Source of the DNA: an uncultured Nitrospiraceae bacterium
GTDB taxonomy: Bacteria; Nitrospirota; Nitrospiria; Nitrospirales; Nitrospiraceae
Reading direction: 5' to 3'
NCBI GenBank assembly: GCA_963706325.1
Contig: CAVPLT010000005.1
Span: 160,001-224,000 of the forward strand
DNA length: 64,000 nt
A model generated the notes under the pieces. The model saw only the letters and a program-made list of their open reading frames with translations, was not told where the DNA came from and ran no database searches. Shown piece by piece: positions 50,528 through 59,343 of this stretch (positions are counted from its first letter, which is position 1; every line of letters begins with the position of its first letter). The translations under genes and the position numbers were made by a program.

Positions 50528-51349
50528 CTAGGACCAAATCCACTCGAACATTGATGCCAACCATCCCGTCATGTTCGAAAACCAGGACTCGTTCCGCGGC
50601 GCCGGCGGAGTGCTGGTCGTAGGCGACGCTGCAGCAGCGCTCACGGTCCCCGTCTTTGCGAGGATGTTCGACGGGCTCGGCGCAGTAACGGCCGCCGTCG
50701 TCAGCGATGCCGGTGCTGCTGCTGAATTCGCATCGATGGTTGAAGGAGCGTCCAGTTGAGAGGGCGCCGGCGCGGGGTATAAAACGGATGGCGCCCCGCC
50801 CGGCTGCGGCGATTGTGGAGTGATGACGGCAACCATGTGTGGCTCCTGCGGGAGGCCATCCACGTTGGTCACGTGGCCACCTGGCATGGTTGCCAACTCT
50901 CGTTCATGCCGTGCGGTAAGCGCTTCCAACTTCTTTTCGTACTGTTTCGTTTCAGCGATTTCTTTCAACATCGCGTGATGCCGGGCGCGTAGTGCGGCGA
51001 TGGTGTGCTCCAGTGCCGTCAATTTGGCCTGATTGATTTTCCGGATCTGATCGAACGAGCTTTTGATCTTCTGCAATTCGCCCTTCAGATCGCCTAACGT
51101 TCGTTCATCTCGTTGGTTGGCCGCGTGTGTCGCATCCCGTTGCTCTTCGAGGGTCTGCAGTTCAGCCTGAGCTTGCGCGAGTTCATTCGCCCTCGCCTTT
51201 GCCTCATGTCTGGCAATATCGTAGGTCTCTTGTGAGACACAGCCTCCCATCGACAGGATTGTGCTTCCCACCATCCAGCAGAGGGAAACCCAGCGGATGG
51301 TCTGTGGGCTAGCGATGGTGAATCTTCGGCGTGGGGTGATAAATTGCAT
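50528..51349 (-). CDS. Coiled-coil lipoprotein-like hypothetical protein
   Basis: MGGCVSQETY motif; coiled coil; Pro/Ala/Ser linker; Trp-rich amphipathic C-terminus. Confidence 0.7.
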   Translation of the reverse strand: MQFITPRRRFTIASPQTIRWVSLCWMVGSTILSMGGCVSQETYDIARHEAKARANELAQAQAELQTLEEQRDATHAANQRDERTLGDLKGELQKIKSSFDQIRKINQAKLTALEHTIAALRARHHAMLKEIAETKQYEKKLEALTARHERELATMPGGHVTNVDGLPQEPHMVAVITPQSPQPGGAPSVLYPAPAPSQLDAPSTIDANSAAAPASLTTAAVTAPSPSNILAKTGTVSAAAASPTTSTPPAPRNESWFSNMTGWLASMFEWIWS

Positions 51350-51524
51350 GGGACATTCCTCACAGGTACGTGCAAGACCAAGAGTTGGATAGGTAGTCCG
51401 CTTGTGCGGAGCTGTGTATTCCAGATTAATTTTTCAGAAAAGTGAGGAAACGGCAAAAGATTTCGGGAAAGTTGCAGGAGGCTGCCGAGAGAAGAGGGAA
51501 GGGATGTACTGCCGTGATGTCGAA

Positions 51525-52625
51525 TTATTGGATTATCATGCAGTCGGCAGGACAAGGCGTCTGCATATCGAGTCCGGCTTTATACCAGGGGTGGAGTATG
51601 GGTCCGCTGTAGCCATAGCCGCCGAGAACCGGATCGGTGGAGAGAAGTAACGGCGTATCCAGATCCAGAACATCGAACCCCCCTTGTCCCAGCACCAGGC
51701 TGAAAGAGCAACCCATCGCGATGCGAGTTTCCACCATGCCCCCAATCATAAGCCTCAGTCCGACGGAGCGGGCGAATGCCGCGATCCGGAGCGCTTCCGT
51801 CACGCCGGTTTTCATGATCTTGATGTTGATATAGTCGGCGGCTTGCAGCTTGACGACCCGGCGCGCATCGTCTAATGACCGGACCGACTCATCAGCCGCC
51901 ACGGGGATACCCGTCAGGTGACGAATCGCGTGAAGACCTTCCAGATCTTCGCGGATGAGCGGTTGTTCCAGAAGCACCAACCGGCCCCCAAACTTTTTCA
52001 CGCCGCTGACAAAGAGGAGGCAGTCTTGGCGAGAAAAGCCCTGGTTGCCATCGCCAATGAAATCAATGTTTGGGAACGCATCGTGCACGGCTTCCAACCG
52101 TCGAATGTCTTCTTCGACATTCGTTCCCACTTTCATCTTAAAGAGTCGAAATCCCCTGGCATACCAGCCGCGAGCGAGATCCAGCGTTTTCTCCAGTTCG
52201 CAGATAGGAATGGTGATGTCGGTTTCCCGATCCCGGACATCCGCTGATCCCCAGAGTTGCCAGAGAGGGACGCCCAGCGACCGAGTATAGGCGTCGAGTA
52301 TGGCGGTTTCTAAGCCGCAACGAGCGGCAGGATAGAGGATGGCCTGTGCCTGAAGTGTGTCCGCGATGGATTGGTAGCCGGCGACGGATTGTCCAATTAA
52401 GGGGGTGGCAAGAACTGTGGCTGTATCGAAGCAGGAGGCCCGATCTTCACCGCCGACTTCGGGGAAAGGCGCAGCTTCTCCGTATCCGCAAGTCCCATCG
52501 CGCAACGTGACACGCACGAACAGGTTCTGTGCCGTCACCCTTGCGCCGGTGGCGACGACGAATGGATCGGTGATCGGGACATCGATCGGCCAGATCTCAA
52601 TACGCTGTATGGTGTCGGACTTCAC
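51525..52625 (-). CDS. Dipeptide epimerase (L-Ala-D/L-Glu epimerase-like, enolase superfamily)
   Basis: GYGEAAP, KMK, DGNQG, EQP, ADES, NIKIMK and DLD motifs. Confidence 0.9.
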   Translation of the reverse strand: MKSDTIQRIEIWPIDVPITDPFVVATGARVTAQNLFVRVTLRDGTCGYGEAAPFPEVGGEDRASCFDTATVLATPLIGQSVAGYQSIADTLQAQAILYPAARCGLETAILDAYTRSLGVPLWQLWGSADVRDRETDITIPICELEKTLDLARGWYARGFRLFKMKVGTNVEEDIRRLEAVHDAFPNIDFIGDGNQGFSRQDCLLFVSGVKKFGGRLVLLEQPLIREDLEGLHAIRHLTGIPVAADESVRSLDDARRVVKLQAADYINIKIMKTGVTEALRIAAFARSVGLRLMIGGMVETRIAMGCSFSLVLGQGGFDVLDLDTPLLLSTDPVLGGYGYSGPILHPWYKAGLDMQTPCPADCMIIQ

Positions 52626-52653
52626 GGAGTTTGTGGAAGCGGGAATTGATCAC

Positions 52654-53298
52654 TCAGCCGTAGCGGTCGTTTTGCCAGGGTAAGGCGCTGTTGGAGTAAC
52701 CACGGACCTCCCAGAAGCCTTTCTCGTCTCGGTCTGAGAAGGTAATCTCCTTGATCCACTTGGCGCCTTTCCACGCGTAGCGTTTGGGGATGATCATACG
52801 GACCGGGCCCCCGTGTTCCTTGGTGAGCGGACGGCCATTCCATTTATAGGTGAGGAGCACATCTGCGTCGTTACAGGCCTCAAGCGGCAGGTTGGTTGTG
52901 TAATCGTCATAAGATTTGAATAGCACAAACTTAGCGGGAGGAAGCGGTTGGACGATGGCCATCAGGTGCTTGAAACTCACCCCTTCCCATTGGTTGTCGT
53001 AACGGCTCCAGGATGTCACGCAATGGAAATCGGAAGCGTCTTTGAACTGAGGCTGCGCGAGGAAATCCGTCCAGCTCCAGGTCACGGGAGTCGTCACCGC
53101 GCCGCCGATCGTCAGCGACCAATCGGAGAGCGGAATGTCCGGTTTTTGCCCGAGGTCCAGTACCGGCCAGGTTTCCACAAGGTGCTGACCGGGAGGAAGT
53201 CGCTCATCTCCCTCGTAGAATACTTCGCGTTCTTCTCCACCGCGTCGGGCCTTCGCCCAGTTTTCCTTAGTCTTTGTCAAACGATCATTTTGATCCAT
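52654..53298 (-). CDS. Sulfite-oxidase-like molybdopterin oxidoreductase
   Basis: RLPPGQ, DFHCVTSWS, HGGPVR, YAWKGAKW and GFWE..GY motifs. Confidence 0.9.
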   Translation of the reverse strand: MDQNDRLTKTKENWAKARRGGEEREVFYEGDERLPPGQHLVETWPVLDLGQKPDIPLSDWSLTIGGAVTTPVTWSWTDFLAQPQFKDASDFHCVTSWSRYDNQWEGVSFKHLMAIVQPLPPAKFVLFKSYDDYTTNLPLEACNDADVLLTYKWNGRPLTKEHGGPVRMIIPKRYAWKGAKWIKEITFSDRDEKGFWEVRGYSNSALPWQNDRYG

Positions 53299-53538
53299 GC
53301 CCGGCCTCCCTAATGACAGAGTAGGACAAGATGACGGGATCTTACAAGGATGTTGTGTGAGAGAGTGAGAATTGAAGGCGCCGGAAAATGCCTGCATCAT
53401 ACGATGAGGCCAGTCACTGCTTGCGTGGGATAGTTAAACCTGGAAGCGGACGAGTGAAGATACCTGGTAAGAGTGGAAAGGAAACGCGAGGCGCATCCTG
53501 GCGTCAGACGCCCAGTGATTCGCCGGGACGAGTTATGA

Positions 53539-53688
53539 TCAGATGTGCAGTCTGGTCTCTCGCTCGCACCAACGTTGCGGGCGCATGAGCGTGCCCAACG
53601 CTGCGATCGCGCAGATAGTCGCTAACAGCAAGAAGCTGGCAATAAGAAAAAACCCACCTTTCATATCCTGCATCGAGAGAGGCCCCAT
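53539..53688 (-). CDS. Putative 49-aa single-TM micro-protein (below the ORF track cutoff)
   Basis: SD GGGGGTG; MGPLSMQDMKGGFFLIASFLLLATICAIAALGTLMRPQRWCERETRLHI. Confidence 0.5.
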   Translation of the reverse strand: MGPLSMQDMKGGFFLIASFLLLATICAIAALGTLMRPQRWCERETRLHI

Positions 53689-53721
53689 GATTTCACCCCC
53701 CAATGACCTAATTGTACCACT

Positions 53722-53811
53722 TCAATCAGTTTGCCAACCGCAGCCGCAACGCCATGATTCTTCTGGTGATTTTTTTCGCAGGCGAGACGAGCATTGTGGA
53801 CAGGGTCGCAT
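53722..53811 (-). CDS. Putative zinc-ribbon micro-protein (start could be upstream, to 53919)
   Basis: MRPCPQCSSRLRKKSPEESWRCGCGWQTD. Confidence 0.45.
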   Translation of the reverse strand: MRPCPQCSSRLRKKSPEESWRCGCGWQTD

Positions 53812-54195
53812 CCATACATGGGAGGTGGTATCGCACATCAATTGTGAGGCTTGGACCAGGTGTGGGATTGCTTGAATTGTCGGCATAGCAACGTTTAGAA
53901 GTTCAACTAATGCGTCCATTCGGAGATTACCTCCACTGAGGTCCGCGCTTCAATAGATCTTTCGGAGGGACGAGCCGAGTTCTTGAATATTTTGGTCGGG
54001 GATGCGCTGAGCGTTTGCCGCCAAAGTGGCCTGCGGACGACAATTGTGAAGGACACACGCCAGATCTTTTCTTCTTTCCATCGCCTTGTGTGATGCAAAC
54101 AGTCATCTCTTTCTGTAAGCTCTGGGTTCCTCGCTCGATCACAGCACGAGCGTCTTCACCTATGATCGAGAGTATGACGCCTTTGTGAGGGAGAC

Positions 54196-54936
54196 ATGAT
54201 GCCACCGATTCAGGATGCAATGAGCACGTCACTGGAATCGTCCGGATCCCAGAAAAATGGCGGCATGGGTAAACTGCTACTGGGGCTGTCAATCGGTCTC
54301 GGAATCGCGGCATTCTTCTACTTTGACCTCAGCCGTTTCTTATCTCTGGAAGGCCTGAAGTCGAATCGGGATCAGTTGCTCGCGTTTGCAGAAGGGCACT
54401 ATTCAGCCGCCGTGGTTATTTTTGTCATCGCCTACTGCGTAATCGTCGGGTTGTCATTGCCCGGCGGGGCAATCATGACTCTGGCGGGAGGATTTCTGTT
54501 CGGCAGCGTGTTGGGAACGCTCTATGTGAACCTTGGAGCGACGGTGGGAGCGACGTTGGCCTTTCTCGTGGCACGGTATCTTTTGCGAGACTGGGTCGAG
54601 CAGAAATTCGGGAGTCGCCTAGGCCCTATTCAGGAAGGTTTTGCCAAGAACGCATTCAGTTACCTCATGACCCTGCGCCTGATTCCTCTGTTTCCGTTTT
54701 TCCTGGTGAATATGGTGTCAGGATTGACGAGGATGAACGTTGGAACCTACATGGCGGCGACGTCGCTGGGCATCATTCCCGGTAGTTTTGTGTTTGCCTA
54801 CGCGGGGCGTCAACTTGGTACGATCGACTCACTGAAGCAAATTGCTTCGCCCAACGTGTTGATGGCATTTACATTGCTTGGACTCTTGGCACTGGTGCCC
54901 ATCCTTTATAGGAAATTGGCCGGCAGGTCGGTCTAA
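54196..54936 (+). CDS. TVP38/TMEM64 (DedA/VTT) membrane protein
   Basis: LPGG..TLAGGFLFG, LRLIPLFPFFLVN and GIIPG motifs. Confidence 0.92.
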   Translation: MMPPIQDAMSTSLESSGSQKNGGMGKLLLGLSIGLGIAAFFYFDLSRFLSLEGLKSNRDQLLAFAEGHYSAAVVIFVIAYCVIVGLSLPGGAIMTLAGGFLFGSVLGTLYVNLGATVGATLAFLVARYLLRDWVEQKFGSRLGPIQEGFAKNAFSYLMTLRLIPLFPFFLVNMVSGLTRMNVGTYMAATSLGIIPGSFVFAYAGRQLGTIDSLKQIASPNVLMAFTLLGLLALVPILYRKLAGRSV

Positions 54937-55011
54937 GCCGCAGGTTGCCTCTCGAAGATCTAACGGATCCACGCCAAGGTGGCGATAAGGCCCACTCACC
55001 AGAGGAAACAC

Positions 55012-56574
55012 GTGTCACAGATGAATGCTAAGGGCGAGAGCCTAGTACTGCCGAATGACGAGCATAATCAGCAGTTGGTTGACAATGTGCATCCTTCGAA
55101 TTGGGTGAATCCAGAGGCTGACGGCCGCTACAACATGGTTGTGATCGGGGCAGGTACGGCAGGTCTGATCACGGCGGTCATTGCGGCCGGCGTGGGCGCA
55201 AAGGTCGCGCTGATCGAACGTCATCTGTTGGGAGGAGATTGCCTCAATGTGGGTTGCGTGCCATCCAAGGGCCTTATCCGTGCGGCCAATGCATGGGCGG
55301 ATATTCGGCATGCCGCGGAATTCGGTCTGCACATCCCGCCGGGGGTGATATACGACTTCGGCGAGGCCATGGCTCGAATGAGAAAGCTGCGCGCCAGGAT
55401 CAGCCGGAACGATTCCGCCCACCGCTACAGGTCTCTGGGCGTCGATGTCTACCTTGGTCAAGCGCGATTCGCAGGACAGGATACCGTGCTGGTGAAAGGG
55501 CCTGCCGGTGATCGGAAGCTGGCGTTCGTGAAGGCGTCGATCTGTACAGGCGCCAGGGCCGCGGCTCCCTCCATCCCAGGGCTAGAAGAAGCCGGTTTCC
55601 TCACGAACGAAACGGTGTTCTCGTTGACAGAACGGCCGTCGCGTATCGCGGTTATCGGTGCGGGACCGGTTGGATGTGAATTGGCCCAGGCGTTTGCCCG
55701 TTTCGGAAGTCAGGTATACCTCATCGAGGCGATGCACGGCATTATGCCTAACGAAGATCGGGATGCGGCCGAGATCGTCCGACAATCCATGAGCCGAGAC
55801 GGTGTCGCCTTGCTGTGCTGCGGGAAGGAGTTGACGATCACGAAAGCGGCAGATGGCAAGCGCCTGGCACTTGAATCTCACGGGCAGCGGTACGACGTAA
55901 CCGTCGACGAAATTCTGGTGGGGGCCGGGCGGACGCCGAACGTTCAAGGGCTTGGCTTGGAAACCGTCGGGGTGGAATATGACAATTTCGGCGTGACAGT
56001 CAATCATCGGCTCCAGACGACGAACCCGCGCATCTATGCCGCCGGCGACATCTGTTCGCGGTACAAGTTTACTCATGCTGCGGATGCCATGGCGCAGATT
56101 GTCATTCAAAATGCGCTCTTCCCACATCCCTTTGGACTGGGGTATGCGAGCACGGAATCTTTGATCATGCCCTGGTGTACGTTCACCAAACCGGAAATCG
56201 CCCATGTCGGCCTGTACGAAGCAGAGGCCACGAAGAAGGGGCTGGAGGTGGAGACCTATACGTACAAACTTGACGAAGTGGACAGAGCTATCCTTGACGG
56301 TGAAGAGGATGGATTTGCTCGGGTCCACATTCAAAAGGGGACCGATAAAATCCTCGGAGCCACGATAGTAGCCGCACATGCCGGCGACATGATCAATGAA
56401 TTCTCGGTTCTGATGAAGGCCGGAGCTGGCGTCAAAATTATCGCCTCGACTATTCATCCCTATCCCACCCAGGCCGAGGTCAACAAAAAGGCCGTTAATC
56501 TTTGGCGCAAGGCGCACTTCACGATACGGACCAAAACACTCTTGACCAGGCTCTTTGCCTGGATGAGACGGTGA
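55012..56574 (+). CDS. Class-I pyridine nucleotide-disulfide oxidoreductase (MerA-like, no C-terminal Cys pair)
   Basis: GGDCLNVGCVPSK, GAGPVG and HPYPTQAE motifs. Confidence 0.9.
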   Translation: MSQMNAKGESLVLPNDEHNQQLVDNVHPSNWVNPEADGRYNMVVIGAGTAGLITAVIAAGVGAKVALIERHLLGGDCLNVGCVPSKGLIRAANAWADIRHAAEFGLHIPPGVIYDFGEAMARMRKLRARISRNDSAHRYRSLGVDVYLGQARFAGQDTVLVKGPAGDRKLAFVKASICTGARAAAPSIPGLEEAGFLTNETVFSLTERPSRIAVIGAGPVGCELAQAFARFGSQVYLIEAMHGIMPNEDRDAAEIVRQSMSRDGVALLCCGKELTITKAADGKRLALESHGQRYDVTVDEILVGAGRTPNVQGLGLETVGVEYDNFGVTVNHRLQTTNPRIYAAGDICSRYKFTHAADAMAQIVIQNALFPHPFGLGYASTESLIMPWCTFTKPEIAHVGLYEAEATKKGLEVETYTYKLDEVDRAILDGEEDGFARVHIQKGTDKILGATIVAAHAGDMINEFSVLMKAGAGVKIIASTIHPYPTQAEVNKKAVNLWRKAHFTIRTKTLLTRLFAWMRR

Positions 56575-56582
56575 AAGGCGAG

Positions 56583-57320
56583 ATGTCGCGTCTATGGCTT
56601 GTCCTCTTCGCGCTACTGTTCAGCACGGCGGCCATGGGACTGGCACAAGGACCCGCGCTGTTGGAGGTCGGAAAGTTCTCCGCCGCAATCGAGGGGAGCA
56701 CGTTGCCGGACGGGTGGAAGCCGCTGACCTTTAAAAAGATTGAGCGTCACACACAATATGAGATGGTGAAAGACGGCCCATCGCTCGTTGTCAAAGCCAT
56801 CAGCGACGCATCCGCCTCAGGGCTGACCAAGGCGGTGATGATCGATCCGCGTGAATACCCCATCGTGCGCTGGCGATGGAAAGTGGAGAATCTGCTGCAG
56901 AAGAGCAATGTGAACCGCAAAGACGGCGACGACTATCCCGCGCGGATCTACATTACCTTCGCCTATGAGTCGGACAAGGTGAGTTTTGGGAGAAAATTGC
57001 AGTACAAAGCCGGACAGGCGCTGTTCGGCGACCTCCCCATCGGCGCGCTCAATTACATATGGGACGGCAAGAGTCCGATGGGCACGATCGTAGATAATGC
57101 CTTCACTGATTTTGCCAAGATGATTGTGGTGCAGAGCGGGGCGCAGCGAATCGGTTCCTGGGTGGAAGAAGAGCGCAATGTCTATCAGGATTACAAGCTG
57201 GCCTTTGGAGAACAACCTCCTGCGATCAATGGTGTTGCGATTATGACCGACACGGACAACACGAAGGAGCGGGCCGTGGCCTATTACGGCGATATTGTTT
57301 TCGCGCGGACATCGAGGTGA
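56583..57320 (+). CDS. DUF3047-like exported protein
   Basis: ASASGL, WRWKV, DDYPARIY, LNYIW and AIMTDTDNT..AYYGDI motifs. Confidence 0.88.
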   Translation: MSRLWLVLFALLFSTAAMGLAQGPALLEVGKFSAAIEGSTLPDGWKPLTFKKIERHTQYEMVKDGPSLVVKAISDASASGLTKAVMIDPREYPIVRWRWKVENLLQKSNVNRKDGDDYPARIYITFAYESDKVSFGRKLQYKAGQALFGDLPIGALNYIWDGKSPMGTIVDNAFTDFAKMIVVQSGAQRIGSWVEEERNVYQDYKLAFGEQPPAINGVAIMTDTDNTKERAVAYYGDIVFARTSR

Positions 57321-57419
57321 GGGGATGGCCGACTTAAAGCAGGCGGAGGGACCAGCCTGTGCAGGGCCAGCCCCTCCCGGAAACCAACGCACTGATGTGG
57401 ATTCGCAGAGTAAGGGGGG

Positions 57420-57827
57420 TTACTGAACTGAATTTGCGAAGCCACCATGGGTAATTTCAGCCCGAATGGTATCGCCCACCTTCTTGTTGCCTCCCAGATG
57501 TTTGGTGCCCTGCCCGACATGCACCTTCATTTGGTTTCCCTCAAAATCTTCAACCAGGTAAGTCTGCCCCTGGATATTCTTGACGGTGCCGCCGACTGTT
57601 TTCCATGCCATTCCAGGCCTGGTGTCCTGCTGGCCTGGCTTGGCAGCAGGAGCTGGTACGGGAGCAGACCCCAGTAAAGAAGCGGCCGCTGCCGCTGATG
57701 TCGTGGTTACATGTTTTGTGTGCTTGCCGGTCTTTTCTTTTGCCGATACAGGAGCGACTATCAGGGTGACGGCTGCGAAGGTAGCGGCGGCCATCATGAG
57801 CATTGAGTGCTGGGCATGCGCGTTCAT
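57420..57827 (-). CDS. Small secreted hypothetical protein (OB-fold-like C-terminus)
   Basis: SD AAGGAGG; signal peptide; beta-rich tail KTVGGTVKNI..KVGDTIRAEIT. Confidence 0.75.
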   Translation of the reverse strand: MNAHAQHSMLMMAAATFAAVTLIVAPVSAKEKTGKHTKHVTTTSAAAAASLLGSAPVPAPAAKPGQQDTRPGMAWKTVGGTVKNIQGQTYLVEDFEGNQMKVHVGQGTKHLGGNKKVGDTIRAEITHGGFANSVQ

Positions 57828-57876
57828 AACGATCCTCCTTGCAATGAATACGGCTGGGTATCGGTGAATAGTCATC

Positions 57877-57892
57877 AGCAAGCCGTATGCCT
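57877..57892 (-). promoter_or_regulatory. Putative sigma54 (-24/-12) promoter
   Basis: AGGCATACGGCTTGCT matches GG-N10-GC, about 50 nt upstream of the 57827 ATG. Confidence 0.6.
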
Positions 57893-58271
57893 GAAACTCA
57901 GGTGTTGGAGGTGCATAATCGATTGGATTTGTGTCGATTGCGTCGCGTTGTGTTGAACGGGAGCGGCGGGAGTAGGGGAAAAATGACAAGCCCCGTTCAA
58001 ATCTGCTCACTCGTGTCAGGGATTAGCGATGATGTCGAACAGCTCCTCATGGCTATCTCCGGCTGAGCCAAGCCAGTCACAAACCTCTTGCTAGGGCGGC
58101 CAGTATGAGCCACCTTCCAAGTCACCCATGGTATTCAGCCTGTGGCTATTCCCACCAATCCCCGCTCCAGGACATTCGAACGGTATTTTGAGCGCCCCTA
58201 TGTCGACGGCATTGGTAAGTTCCTTCTCCAGATGAAGAGACGCGTTTGCCTCCTGGCGTGGTTGACGTGCT

Positions 58272-58300
58272 TGATGATAAAGCCGGCCGATTTATCATCA
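58272..58300. repeat. Perfect 10-bp inverted repeat
   Basis: TGATGATAAA-9 nt-TTTATCATCA. Confidence 0.7.
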
Positions 58301-58778
58301 GTTTTCTGAATCAGATTGGCGACTCCGAATGATCCTGACTCGGCAACGTTCGCTGCACGGGAGCCATACCATCAACACGATCAAACGCTGCTCGTACGGA
58401 GTCTTCGCTTGAGCAGGTCGGCGGGTTTCCTATCAGCCCATCGTGAAAGACGTGGCATTCGGACCGAAGTTGCTGGGGCTGATGACGCTTGTGCCCCTGT
58501 CTCCGTCGGTTGGGACAGATGCCCGGAAGTTCGTTAGGTGGGAGGCTGGCAAAGCTTCGTGCGCATGTTGTTCATCATCCTGCATGTGAAATCAAGGTTC
58601 TCTCTCTTTCACGAGGCTTTTTTAAAACACCGGTCTCCATCTTCATCGGGCTCCTGTTCTGCCGAGGCATCAACTCGGCCTCTTCTCAATAAACCGCCAA
58701 TTTAATTGTCAACGCTCCCGATCTCTTCCACGTTGAATTGAGCAACAGCAGCATAGCGGTTAACCAAAGGGGGGATGT

Positions 58779-59096
58779 ATGAAGAAGTTGATTCGGGTTG
58801 CGGCGGTCTTATCTGTCTGTGCCTCATCGCTGGCGTATGCCCAGGCAAATACGCCGAAGACTGACCAGCGACAAGCTAAACAAGAACAGCGGATTGATCA
58901 GGGTATTACGAGCGGCCAGCTGAGCGAGCGTGAAACCAATCGCTTGAATAATCAGCAGGAACATATCAACAAAATAGAAGACAAGGCAAAGTCCGATGAT
59001 GTTGTCACGAAGAAAGAACGCGCCAGGATCGGACAGGCGCAGGATCGCGCATCGAGGCATATCGCCAAGCAGAAACACGACAGTCAGAAGCAATAG
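58779..59096 (+). CDS. Small secreted hydrophilic helical protein
   Basis: SD AAGGGGGG; signal peptide ending AYA; RIDQGITSGQLS..E..RL-type internal repeats. Confidence 0.8.
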   Translation: MKKLIRVAAVLSVCASSLAYAQANTPKTDQRQAKQEQRIDQGITSGQLSERETNRLNNQQEHINKIEDKAKSDDVVTKKERARIGQAQDRASRHIAKQKHDSQKQ

Positions 59097-59343
59097 ACTG
59101 CTAATCTGGTACCGGCCTGCCGTTGAACACATGTTCCAATCGGCTTGGCGCGCAGGATGACAGCCTCGGCGAGCTCCGTCGAGGGCAACATGCCGCCCAT
59201 AAGCGAGATTGTGGGTGGCATTGTTATTTCTTCAACAAGCCCCGCGTGCAGGGTATTCGAGATGACTTCGCGAGTCCGTCATGACTTCATTTCTTCAGAG
59301 GGTAAGCCTGAATTGGCCCGTCCCATCCTGCTAGAATGCCGGC

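Noticed and set aside
55582..56517. Long antisense ORFs (also 2729-3631, 15105-15845, 43839-44669)
   Set aside because: Shadow ORFs opposite well-supported genes, expected in GC-rich DNA; no recognisable motifs.
55012..56574. merA mercury-resistance call
   Set aside because: It lacks the C-terminal Cys-Cys pair and any mer operon context.
58020..58260. Possible pseudogene on the minus strand
   Set aside because: The frames I translated contain stops and I recognised no protein family; it cannot be supported without BLASTX.
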